A DNA stretch of 64,000 nucleotides from assembly GCF_964204645.1 (NCBI RefSeq), contig NC_134026.1, positions 22,974,150 to 23,038,149 of the forward strand, in the 5' to 3' direction. The notes beneath the pieces are model-generated. The model searched no databases and was not told where the DNA came from. It saw only the letters and a program-made list of their open reading frames with translations. The translations under genes were made by a program, and so were the position numbers. Positions 38,001 through 50,800 of this stretch are shown here, piece by piece (positions within the stretch are counted from its first letter, which is position 1; each line of letters starts with the position of its first letter). This DNA is from Tubulanus polymorphus. Lineage: Eukaryota; Animalia; Nemertea.

Positions 38001-40291
38001 ATAACAGTCGATCTTCATTTCAGGGCACGCTTCCATTCTCGGCCAGAGTCACTTCGTTACTTTCGATCACCGTATCTACGACCTAACAGGAAGCTGTAGC
38101 TACGTCTTAGCGCATGACTTTGTTGGTAACACTTTCACATTCCTTATAAACTACGAAAATGGTGTCAGGAAATCAATCACAGTTATCAGCAATAACAAAC
38201 AGATCGAGATCTTCCCAGATTTCAAGGTACAAATGTGGAAAGCATTTCAGATATTTCCAACGCTTGGTCTGTGGGATGTGGGATCCGAAGAAGAGAAATC
38301 GCAAAATTATCATTTACATTTCAATTCTTTTAAGGTAACTGTTGACGATCGCCAGACTGAAGTGCCAATCCAATTCATGAATACGTCTGTCATCAGACAC
38401 AGCAGTGAAATTCGCATCCATAACGAACAAGGCTTTACAGTTACTTGCAACATGCTCACTGAGATTTGTCGCTTCAACGTGTCCGGCTGGTATTTCGGAA
38501 AGACTGCTGGTTTACTCGGAACCTTCACTAACGAACCTGCAGATGACTTCACCACTTCTAGTAATCAAGTAGTCGAAGATGTTGACGAGTTTGCTCGCAG
38601 TTGGCAAGTGGGAGAATATTGCAGAAATACCCGAACATTCGCGGTTCAAGCTGTACAAACCGGGGCGGCCGCCGACAGATGTAGAGAACTGTTTGAATCA
38701 ACATCATCACATTTGCGACCAGGTTTCAAATTGGTAAGTCATTAAAGTTTTGAGTTTGTTTTGTGTCAATGATTGTACTGATGAAGCAATTGGTTTTATA
38801 CAGGTAAACCCAAAACGCTACTTGGACATGTGTTTGAGGGATATTACATCCGTTTATAGCGAAGACGTTATCAATGATAAATTATGTGCAGTGTCAGCGC
38901 TATATGTTTCCAACTGTAGAAGCCATGGAGTTCCCGTGCGTCGTCCTAAATTCTGTGGTAAACAAATCGTTAATGTTATACATACATTTTGGTAGTCATA
39001 CCAGACTTATTTGAACGAATAAAGACATTTGAAATGTTTCTTCTGATCTAAAGCAAAATGTGATAGTCCGTTGTCGTCGTTCTTAACTGAGGGACAAAGT
39101 GTCAAGATCAAGGCTTCAGAGATTCCGGCGACGAGATCTGCAGATGTTGTATTCGTGGTTGAGGAAAAGCAATGCAATATGGGTGTCGCCCAGAAACTTC
39201 AGGATCTCGCTATGCAAATAGATACTGCTTTGAAGGCTGAAGGTAGGAGAAGTCAAAGATTCTGTTACTTATTATGCATTGTAATGAGATATCAAAACGA
39301 AATGATAGTATTTCCAAATTTCAGGCAAAGAAGGTAACAGATTCGGAGTCGTCGGCTTCGGTGGTAACAAAATCCACGATTGGGAGCAAACTCACTCCAT
39401 GGAAAATCTTATATTCAACAATGTACGTAAAGTGAGGATGGCGGCCGAGATTCTCGACTTCTCAAAGGACGGTAGCAATAAGGACATCCTTCGAGCTGTT
39501 CAATTTGCTGCAAAATATCCGTACCGAGCCGGGGTCGCTAAAATCGTAATCGCTTTGCCATGCTCGCAATGCATACCGAAATCGGTGTCGTACACAGAAA
39601 TGCAGTCCGTTTTGAATGACAGGGATATCCAGTTACATATTCTGATGAATTACGACTTCTTACTCAGAACGAGCTCACCGAAGAGTAACTACATTTTTGG
39701 AGCTGACGGTAGAGCTGTTTACACGAGCAAAGACGTGTATTCCGAGGTTCTAAATGGCGACGAGACCTTACTGCGTCAAGTGGTTATGCCAAAGGATATC
39801 TGCGTCGAATTGGCAACGCAACGAAAGGGATCTGTATTCAACATCAAGAAAATGATGGCCGGTCGCGTAAGCTCGCAGAAATCCTTCCTTGACGTATTCG
39901 CTCGACGTGTTGCTAAAACTGCCAAAGCCACTGAATGCCAAATTTGTGAATGTACTTCCGATAATACTGGTGCTGGCTTAACAGTTTGTAAACCATGTAA
40001 TATTCCGTCCCAACGATTCCGAGTAAGTTTCTTTCATTTTGATTTTTGCCGAAATAATGTCAGGTTTAGCATTGCAGCATTTAAATTCCGTTTTCAGTAC
40101 ATTTCTGGTGCATACAACCGTCTATTTGGCCACCCAGATGAGCGACCAATAGATATACCAGAACCAGATCCAATGTCGACCCCTAAACTTGACTTCAACT
40201 ACCAGGTATGCATTGATTTAAATCTGTTTGAAATATTAATTTATTTGTAACATTATTCATATATTGTTGTTCATATTTTTAGGAACGATAG
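20090..40291 (+). CDS. Apolipophorin / apoB-like large lipid transfer protein precursor (vitellogenin_N/LLT domain, long beta-rich region, VWD, C8, VWA-like), about 4,780 aa
   Basis: Signal-peptide exon 20090-20144 (MELKRALVVLAFVATSYS). Next exons are 22183-22236, 22354-22514 (FNYNPGTTYSFKY), 22661-22915 (WVVNIKRGVLSSFQN), 23006-23158 (DVSGNC), 23388-23586, 24010-24265, 24442-24607, 24701-25030 (LRAVGNMG, EIRLAAIDAYRR) and 25263-25832 (EVRIAAY, NQVASFVWSHL, RKFSRNYE). Later exons include giant exon 28494-35315, VWD from 38024 (HFVTFDHRIYDLTGSCSYVLAHDF…GLLGTF), VWA-like (ADVVFVVEE…FGVVGFGG), 40098-40205 and last exon 40283-40291 (ER*). About 33 exons; the length was summed by hand and is approximate. 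Confidence 0.92.
28494..35315 (+). CDS. Giant 6,822-nt internal exon of the lipid transfer protein
   Basis: tttttcag| at 28493 and |gtaagc at 35316. Open for 2,274 codons and contains almost all of the 2264-aa ORF. Amphipathic beta-strand pattern with recurrent (T/S)P(F/Y/H/W) motifs. Confidence 0.93.
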
Positions 40292-41780
40292 TGGGTATGA
40301 AAATACAATCATATAGATTACCATAGGATCCTACGAAGTGACAAAGACTTGTGCCTGTGCACGGGACTGCCTGAGCGATATACATTTGTTGGATCCGAAA
40401 ATTTCACATTGATTTCATGAAATTATTCGCATAATTCCTGTGTTTATACATCTTCCTAATCTGATGCATATATTTTATCGACATACTACAGTGTTTTTCT
40501 CCAATGTTACTTAACTATACATCTAATAATGTAGTTTTTTTTCAATATTTGTGTACAAAATTATAATTGTAATCGTGTTTATGGATTTTTATTTACTTTG
40601 ATAAATTGTTGTATAAATGATGAAGATGTAATTATTTATTGTCATACGTGGATTAAACTATTAATACATTGTATCATTGAATTAGAAATAAAATCAAAAA
40701 TGTCATTTTGATGATCTTAATGATAAATACTGTTTTACTCTTTCTGCCGACTATCAATTTTCTCTGGATGGCCTTCACATTTTGGATTCTTGCTTAATTT
40801 AGACTTGAGGAAAATCTGATCTGTTCACTGTTTTCTTGTGAATGTAGAAGTCCAAATACATTTACATATGGAGCAGCTTGAAAGCAATGGTGTAATGTTC
40901 GGTGGAATTAAACTTATGTGTAGGCTGGAGTCTCGCCTCGCGCACAACTGTCTAAGAACATAAGTGGAATTCACCTTAAAGTGATTCCACAGATTCTTGT
41001 GGAATTCAACTATAGAACGGGTTTGACTCTGGGTTAAGAGATTTGACTCTAGTTTGAGGATCAACCAGGTACCATGGAACCGCGCTTAGCAAAATCGTTT
41101 ACTATAGGACAAACATAAGATGTAAACTTAGCCCTAGACGTAACCTTTTTGATTGTGCTCTTCCAGTAGAGGAACTTTCTATTTTTTCTTTGTAAGTTTC
41201 TATCGTGTGACGGTAGAAATAATATTCCATCTTCCGAAAGAGCAAAATCGAAAGGGGCCTTTTATTAGTAAACTTTATTAGTAAACAGAAGAATAACTCC
41301 GAGTATAAATCACCTAATTAAACAATTCTTCTCAACAATTTATTTAATCCTTAAATCATCCATTCATCCGAATCAATCTAATGAGACATACATATAAATA
41401 GAAATGTATACGTAAATTTTGTGACATTTATTTATTTCACAATATCTTTTTATAGGTAATGATATACACGATATAAAATGATTCATTATTTACAAAATCT
41501 ATAAGAGACATGTTAAAATCAATGATTCTATGAAATAAAAAAGTTGCATCGTTTGGACAATTATTCTCGAACTTTATGCTGATTCAAGAGGTGTATGTTA
41601 GTTACTCTTATAGTCTTTATTTCCAAATAGTAAATGTATTTTCTGGATTTCGAAGTTCGAACCCATCATTCAAAATGACCTTTTAAGACTCTGTGACGGT
41701 ATACAGTGTTAACGATAGTTAATTTTGGTTTTCATTATTTACAGCTTTTTTATCCGCATATGTACGACAGGGGGGACACG

Positions 41781-43199
41781 TTATCCACACGAACAAACGC
41801 CCCCTTTTTTCTTCTCCTGCTCTTCTTCCACAGGCACCACTGGATCGATGGACTTCGGTCGGGGAACAAAATCTTTTGGCAGCTTCTTTGCTGACAAATA
41901 TGATTCAAAACGACGCTTGTACAAAATGAATATTTGAAATGCGTGACACCCATAATTTACAAAACAAAAGTATCGCATTTAGCAAATTTGCTAGACTGAA
42001 TAGATATGTACCGGTGCCTTTTTACCGAACTCACCTATTTCTATAAATATTTCGTCAACATTCGTGCCAAATTTTGCCGAGGTTTCCAAGAAAATGAAGC
42101 CGTGTCCAGAGGCGTATTGCTTGGCTTCCTGAAAGGAAACGTCGTAAGCAAAAAATTAATCAAGACAGTTGTATTATGTAGTGTAATGAAGAAAAAAACG
42201 TAATTCTTGGAAATGATGTTCCCACTCACTTCGTACGACACAACACGTTGCTCCTTGAGATCAGATTTGTTTCCAGCAAGAGCAATGATAATGTCTGGAT
42301 TGGCTAAACGCTGCACCTCACGAACCCATTCTTTGGCCTTTTGGAACGATTTCTTTAAAATAGACATCGTAAAGCAGAGAGTCAAATTTCAAAGCCCGAA
42401 TAAAAATAAGTCAGATTCAAATAAAAATAAGTCAGATTGTCTACACAATAACGTACTGATTACAAAATATATAAAAAGTAATACGATTTTACGGAGCCCT
42501 GGGATTGACTCGAAAGAAAATTTTCCACAGACAACTACCAATATTAGGTACTATTAGTATGGCTCATACAACTGCGTGTGACGATTTTATGAAATTTTCA
42601 GTGTTCAATGGTAACTTATTTGGCTTCAATTTCAGAAAGGGTCCCCTCTCATCCGGGCCCATTTTAAAGATGCCCGCCGATGGCGTTCCCACGAAGAAAA
42701 CATATTTTTCGCTCTGTCACACATTTCTTTCCAACGAAAAGATTTTACTTACTCTGTCAGTGATGTCGTAAACTATAACTGTTGCTTGGGCACCTCGATA
42801 ATACATTGGGGTTATACAGTGAAATCGTTCTTGACCAGCTGTATCCCATATTTCATATTTATACGTGCAATCTTCGATTGTCACCGCATGTGACGAATAA
42901 GCCGCTGAAAAGAGGCGATTATTTGATTATTATTTGCCATTATGTGAAGATATAAATCACGTGCATCAAACGAAAAAAAGAAAGTCTAAAAGAAAGATGT
43001 TTGTTATTTATTGCACTTTAGTTTTACCTCCGATAGTAGGATCGATTTGCTTAAATCGTTTGTCCGTAAGCTGTATGACGATACTTGTTTTTCCAACTGC
43101 CGCCTCCCCCAGAAGTACTAAGCGAAAAGGTCCTGACTTCGAATGTGCACGTGGTCTCGGCCGTTGCGGATTCTGAGACCGTTTAGTCTTATTTGGCAT
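41781..43199 (-). CDS. Rab GTPase, divergent Rab5-group member
   Basis: Exons 43199-43028 ([13 protein letters not shown]…PTIG), 42904-42753 (AAY…[32 protein letters not shown]), 42352-42230 ([31 protein letters not shown]), 42128-42035 (FLETSAK) and 41890-41781 (AKKLPK…GGVCSCG*). All G1-G5 motifs and C-terminal prenylation cysteines are present. Confidence 0.93.
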
Positions 43200-43723
43200 G
43201 TTCAATGTGATCGATTGGCGTTAGTAATTAGAAATGTTCAAAACCGCATAATTCCATGACACGTATATGAATTTGTCTCATACTATATCTGCAAAATGGC
43301 GTGCATCCTTATCTCAAGAGAAAAATAGTACAAAGTACGTACATATGGCATACATTCATATGCCTGCGACTTGTGGATCGGTGCCAGTCACGACGAAGAT
43401 ATCAGATTACAACGCGCACACAGAACCTCAATCGTTCTTCATAAAATTAGTAAGGTTACGTCATTCTCATGAAGATGCGATCAGACCACAGAGTTTCAAC
43501 TTTATTTTTGAACTTTGCTTTCAATTAATTCTTAAAACTTCTTTGTTAGATTCATTGTCCAGTTCCTTTAACACATATATTTTGAATATAATCATAGGTT
43601 TTATTTTCAAGAATCCATCACGGTACACTAATAAAGTTTTATTTTTCCTAAGTACTTGAAATTACAAATTTGTTAAAGCTATTTTCCCCTTCTTTGTTCT
43701 CTTTCATCAGTTTAACTGTTCGG

Positions 43724-43906
43724 TAGCATCCTCGCAGTCAGAATTATCAATTACTTTATATCACATTCTGTATATTTTCATAGTGTTTATTTCCTTTTTA
43801 ATATTATATGTATATAGCATCCTCGCAGTCAGAATTATCAATTACTTTATATCACATTCTGTATATTTTCATAGTATTTACTTCCTTTGTAATATTATAT
43901 GTATAT
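43724..43906. repeat. Direct tandem duplication, 2 x about 91 bp
   Basis: tagcatcctcgcagtcagaattatcaattactttatatcacattctgtatattttcatagt… starts at 43724 and again at 43815. The first 61 nt are identical. Confidence 0.9.
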
Positions 43907-44834
43907 GGTATGATTGTAATATCTTATCTTATTTTGTTCTGAAACGAAAAGTGGAAGTAGAATCGAATCTCGTAGTTGTAGAGACACGACTGTAGGACAG
44001 AACACAACTCACGCCGTGAACATATATAATGCAATTATATTATCTCCGTACTTTGAATTGATTAAACTTCTTTTAAACCACTTGATAAATAGATGAACAA
44101 TTATCATTGATTCATCTAGCTTTGTACCCGGGTATGGCGGCGATTGATAAGCCACGTTATCCGACTCGTTCAATTTTATGATTTAAGACTTTTTTCTAAC
44201 TATCTTTCTTTATTTTTTTTTCTAACAAATATACCTTGTTCAAGACATACTTGTAAATCACATTACAATTAACTTTCACATCTAGGACATCAAGCATTCC
44301 GCTGCCGAAAAAGAAAACAATTATCACTTTGAATGAAATGGGATACGATGGCTTTACAATTGGTTTACGATGCTAACTAAAGCGAAATAGAATAAGATTT
44401 TTAATGGACGATATATAAATAATCTTTCGGGAGAAACCAGTTTTCATATGCATATACATTCGAGATCGCCTTGCAAAATAGACATCCATAGAAAAAACAC
44501 GTTAGTGTTGTAGCTGTATGCCGATATATTGTGTACTGACTCCATTGTCGTGTCGCCCGTTCACACGACCAAGTGGATTCATTGTCAGCTCTAAAGTCGA
44601 CCTGCTGTATTTTAGCGAAAAAGCGACAGAAGGTTTGCGGTGTAGAAATTCTTAATCTGTGGCTCGTGGAGGCTGTTTAAAAAACCCGGATAGAATCAGG
44701 TCATTCGGTGGAGTTCGCATGCGTCCTTTGAACCCGTTTGAAAACGCCTTTGTGTAGCCTCGTTGTCAGAGTCCCCATTGCTCACCTGCTCCGCGAGAGT
44801 GGCTTATGTGAAAGGATTGTAAAAACTCTAGATA

Positions 44835-47800
44835 ATGGATTTTATCAAATCAGTAATACTGATTGCAATGGGTAAGTTTAAAAAACAAGCTTTTGTCTAA
44901 CTGCTAGTGTAATTAGATCGAGGAATTAACATGCTTGGTGTCACATTGTCGTCGCATGTGCATATTAGATTTTTGAAGAGATTTTTTCAATTCTAAACAA
45001 CATCTGCGGTATATTGGTTTATATATTTTTATCCATGATGCGATTTGGGTAAAACTCCATGTTGATGGTCCCGCGCGCGATCTAAGCAAAATTTAAAAAG
45101 ACGTTTAGTAAACCTGCCCTGATTTTTCGTATAATCTAATGCAAATTGAAGCGGCAAATTGAACTGCTGTAAGTGACAAATACACTTGAAGACGATTTTG
45201 TAAAAACGGTTTGAGAGAAAAAGCTCAACCTGATCACATTTCGCTAACATTCGACTATAACTACATTCCTTTCTTCTCTGAATCGTGATCGTTGCAGGGT
45301 TATGGCGGACAATATTATGATGACTAGATTTTTATTGCTTTGCACACGCCCAACATGTCGTCTCATAAAGAAGATTACTGCAGCGCAGCTCGGCTCCACA
45401 ATGCGAGAGCTGGTTTGGTATCATCGATTAGCACAGTCCCAGATGATATTTCAATAAATCAGAAAATACACAGCTCCAACGAGCTGCAGGAAATCAAATA
45501 TGGGCCTACACTTGAAACGGCTCGCCATCTTGCAACCTGGCTGACGATTTTCTGACTCACAATTCAAGCAAGAAAATATATATATTGTTTAATAACTCCT
45601 GCTAGACGATGATTTACATGTAGTGGGTGCTATTTCCGCTAAATAAACAGGATCTAATAATAACTGAGCCAGGAAAAATCTGAACAGATATATATATATG
45701 CTGGCACTCCTCGTTTCGTAAACAAGAAATCTTACTAAAAAACCCTCTATAAATGCATGTCAAACTGGATAAGCATTGGTGAACTGGGAAAATTGCAAAT
45801 TATCTTCAATCATTTATGGATTGCCGTGATTACGATTCGAATGGCATAATTGACATTCGATAGTATTGCACAAATATCGACTATATATGTATATAATATA
45901 TACAGTATATATGCTCCACAAAAAGTAGTTATTAACTAAAAAAGGAAGAGAAAACGATTTGAGCTATGTTTTTATTACCGTTTTCGGAAATCGCATTACT
46001 TCGATATTGCGCTGTATGAAATTATGGGATTCATTACTTCGAAAGTGAAACTATTTCTGTCACGGCACGAGGAGGTGACAACAGATTGATTTTAATACTG
46101 TTTCGCAATTGTAATTCTTCGAGATCCTAAAAATATCCTTTATTTGTCATACCATATAATGTGAAACATTAAATAAACATAAAATTTACAATTCAATAAT
46201 GACCTGCATAGAATAGATAAAAGCGGGAAAGCAGAACGAATGTGCATTAAAATTGGACTGGAATACATTTACCAAAAAATTAGAAAGGAATTTCACTTAA
46301 ATCGAAAATTGCTCTTTTTGTACGTCGTATCCTTCAGTGTAGAGCCGAATCAACCGGTCAAGTAGTTTAGAGTGGCCATATTTCCCGGGGCTGTTTCCGT
46401 ATCATGCGTTTATTTGCTTGCCGAAGGAAATACTTTTTTTGTGTTTAACACGAACCGCAATCATAAGCTACATCAATCTTTAGTAAGGTAATGGCCCACG
46501 AGAGCAAGCAAAACAGCAGGATATTACCCATTCAAATGTACGTATCTAGCGTACTAATGAAAAGACACATGGCTCGACCGGTTAAAGATTCGAACATGTA
46601 GTCCACACTAGTCAACGACCAACGTCGAATAAGCGAAAAAACCATAAAGTTCCATTTCACACACATAGAAGAATGTTTGCCGCATTGCATTTGCTATTAG
46701 GAAACAAAAAGATAACTCAAAACGTTTCAGCTTCAGTAATGAAAGAAACGGAAACCATGGCAACCGTCACATCCATAGAATGACTATTTTCTGCGCCAGT
46801 ACTCGGGTGGCATACTCAGCGATTTGCTATAGCGCTACGTGTTGATTCCCACATCGGCTACAGATCGGTTACAAATTGGTTAAACGAGCAAAAGATGATA
46901 GCCATTCATGGCATTTATCAAATCAGTTGAGATTCTGAAATTAATCGAGCCGATATACGCTGCGACTGCATATTGAAATGTTTAATTCGATAGATGCTAA
47001 TTGTAGAAATAAACAACGCCGATTTACTGAGGAGACAAAGCAACTATCAGTCATCGGTGTCAGGAGGTCGTTCAATAAACGTCAAAGAATTATAATTCAA
47101 TTAAAATTTATAATGCACGAAACAGCCAGTTTACACTTAACGAATGCGACAAGTAGAACTACGTATGAATAATGCCAGCATTTTGTTTCACCATTTACGA
47201 TGCAAATGACCCAATATTTAGAACTGTTGTATGCCTGGCATACAGAAATATTAAGTTATAACACCGAGTCATTTCATATTTCACCACATAATTGAGACCC
47301 AATGACATTGCCATTGAGTGATAAACGCTTTGCAGCAATTTGCCTACGAGCACCAACGACCCCTTGTTCACTGAGTAAACATTTCGCCATTGATTTCAAA
47401 AAATACATTTGCGTAACCACACTATTTATTTAGACTTAATCAAAAGAGTAACAAACTCTGAAAAATAAACAGCGTTTCTAAAATGAATTTCATTTTCATT
47501 CCTTGGACTAATCGTTAACAGCTTTCACGTAGGCCTACTTACTTCGGTTTGATTATTTCCCCATTACCCAAAGAACCATACTGGGTTATGAATTTTCAAT
47601 TTAGTTATTCGTATGACGTCACTGCAAAAATCTCAAAATCTTTAAGGCATCATGCTATTCTATGGTGGCTGATAAGGGCCATAGCGTAAAATTCCTGGTA
47701 TGTAAATGAGGGCGCCAGAACGCCAGAACGCCAAAACGAAAAAAAAACGTCCAATTTTCTCTAAAAGTTCGTTTTGCCAAAACAAAGAAAAAACGAACTT

Positions 47801-50800
47801 TCGTTTTGGCGCCCCCGCCAATTTTCGGAATTTTCTTTGTTTTGGCGCGCCAAAACGAACTTTCAGAGAAATTTGGACGTTTTTTTTCGTTTTGGCGTTC
47901 TGGCGCCCTGATTTGCATACCAGAAATTTTTCGCTATGGCCCTTATCAGCCACCATACTATTCTACATATTCTATATATATTAATGTAGCCCATGCCGCG
48001 GCCTTCATTCTTAAATTGTTAAATGTTCCTCCGGTTTGAGTTTTGAATGTATATACATGTATATGTAGACGTCTTCAAGCGATAGCGGTCAAAATACGAC
48101 CGATGAGCGTCGCCTGGCGGTTGTTTTTAAAGGGAGTATTACTGCGCCTTTTCTTATTGCGAATATAGTCACGTCATCGAAACGCGTTAATTATGTCGCG
48201 AAAGAAGTAGAAATAACATCCGAGTCTCACAGGAATTAACCATTAATCCGGCTGTCATTCTCAACACGTTTTTATACAGAAATGCTGGTACAAACCAACC
48301 ATGTACTAAATGTAATGTCTTAAAAATTTTCAGTGGAAGCCGACCAGGTATAGTGTGTCCATGAAAAATAAATAGATCAGCCGTGCTGGGCCAAACAGGC
48401 ATATCTTTTTCGCCAATACTGAAACACCAAAAACAATTTAAATTTTACTATGTATTGACATTTTTGACAGCAATTTATCAGGAGGTTTCTTAATCGATTC
48501 AAATTAGTTTGAATCATTTGATATGATAGAAATGTCTATGATTGACGTGTCACTATAATGTAAACGTACTACGGCGCCTAATGTGCTTTATCTGTGTAAT
48601 TTGTGTTCTCAACTAAATTTTTTAGTATACGAACTACTCATCAATCATTCCGAATTTGCTGATTTGTCAGCCAGTCGTAGTTAAGGATACCTTACCAAAT
48701 TATCTATGCTTACACTCCATAGTTCTACGTGTTGTGGCCTTAACATCGAATGGCCATCAAGCAATGCAATTTGAAAAAAAAATCACTCCAGAAACCAGAA
48801 CATGAAACCTCCTTTTTATCGACTGCTCCACATCATCCGTATTCATATGTAAATATTAAACAGTCCATGACAGTTTCTAAACATTTGTATATCGTATAAT
48901 TTAGTTTGTTGACGGGATTAGGCTTACAAAATCATCGTTACTATGTATATGTCGAAAGGGCGAGCCTTGTTTTCTTCGTGCAAATGTTGTCCATATATAA
49001 TGCAAACTTGTTGTACCACTCTGATAGGTATGTACACTATGACGGGGAGTAATGTGTCGCTGCCATCAATAACATCTATAGTTAAAGACTCTTACCATGG
49101 ACTCTGAAGTTCGTTTTACAGTCCACGCTCTTACATAGTAATTTTTCGATTGTGTACGTAGTGAAAACAATGTATGCACCGTTGAAGGATCTATATTTGT
49201 TTCAATATTCGCCAATAAAATCACTCTGATATTAACTTTCTCTGGTATCTCAGTGACGGTTCTTTTTTTTCATTTTGCATTTGCTAATGAGGCGAATGAA
49301 CAGATTTTAGGACCTTCCTCTCATCGCTCTAAGCATAATCTATAATTCGACTGTATTATGGAGATGACCTTGAAGCTGTCAACTTAGTGCGTGTGACATT
49401 ATTTGCACTAAGCTCTGCTTACCCGTTTTAGTAATCATTTTCTGCGAAATCTGGAATGAATATGACATGCCACGAAAATATATATATATCAGTTGACCTG
49501 ATCATTTTGGCATCAGCTGTACCAGCTGGTTAGATTTATAATCATAGAATTAGTGGCCCGCTGGTAATATTTCAGGGTCATCGAAGGGATCAGAGAATAT
49601 TTCTATGAATCAACTAATTGACTAAAGTATTCAAATTTCACTTAGTGAGAGTGAAAAATATGTGTATGTGTATGTGCTTTTTCATGCACATTTCATCGAA
49701 AAAGCTTGCGTGAAGAACAACGGATAATCCGTTCGGATTTGGAAAAGGGCAGAAACCAGAAAAATGAAGTAGAATTATAGATAAGAAAAGAAAAGCAAAG
49801 AACTGTTTGTCTCTTAACGTTTCGGCTAAGTATTAGTTTCTATTGATAACCCCTCCTCACTCACGTGGAACGAAGTAGCCAAACTCAACAGCCTGGCGTA
49901 CTTCACAGACTTGGTTGCGAGTGTTTCATTAACATGATTCCATCTTACTGTAATTATGGACTCTAAAATGAGTTCGTGTGGTGGATTTGTAATTTTTCTC
50001 CATCCGCCTTGTTAGTACATCGTTGTTAGTACATCGTACATCAACTATGAATAAAGTATATAATATATTTTGTTGCTAAGACTATATAGCAAAGCATATC
50101 TTCCACTTTAATACGGTTGTGATTCATACTATAAAGGCTACGAACACTGATATCGATCATCATATCACTTCGTTCAATGACTGATCACTAAATCCATATG
50201 ATACGGACCAATCCGTTACTCTCTGACAGGACAGTACATTACTGAAACGAAACGAAATTTTCAGCGATGGTTTATTGCACTGGGGATATAAGGCGGCCCA
50301 ACTAAACACCGAAGAGTAGCTTTGGATTGGTATCATGGCATACACTGTGGAAATTTTTTATTTTCGAGTGATGCTAAAAATAATCAACTATAAAACAACG
50401 CATAGACCGAAACATAAACTCTTGACTATGCGTCTGGAATATTTGGTACTAAATATTAGGTATATACAGTGAGCTACATCTGGCCACCGACGAAAAAGTT
50501 GCGCGTGTAATAAAACGACGAATTTCTGACGGATTATTCTAAGACCTCATTTCGTTTCTCGAAAAGCTCCACCTAACTAATGCCTACGTAAATTTGAATT
50601 TTAAATCACCAACCTATTTCGTCCCGTGAATTCTACTGGACCGTGGGGAAACAGATTGTTGGGCATGGCGGATGGAATCCGCGTCAAACTTCCAAGGTAT
50701 CTGTATTCAAATATGATTTGGCCCAGTCGAGGTGCAAAGATGCGCGCCTTCTCATTTCGTAATGATATTTCTATAAAAAAGGGCAGCTGCAACGAGATAT

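Noticed and set aside
47655-48039. Four overlapping ORFs of 77-98 aa on both strands
   Set aside because: They are by-products of the palindromic MITE and mirror one another.
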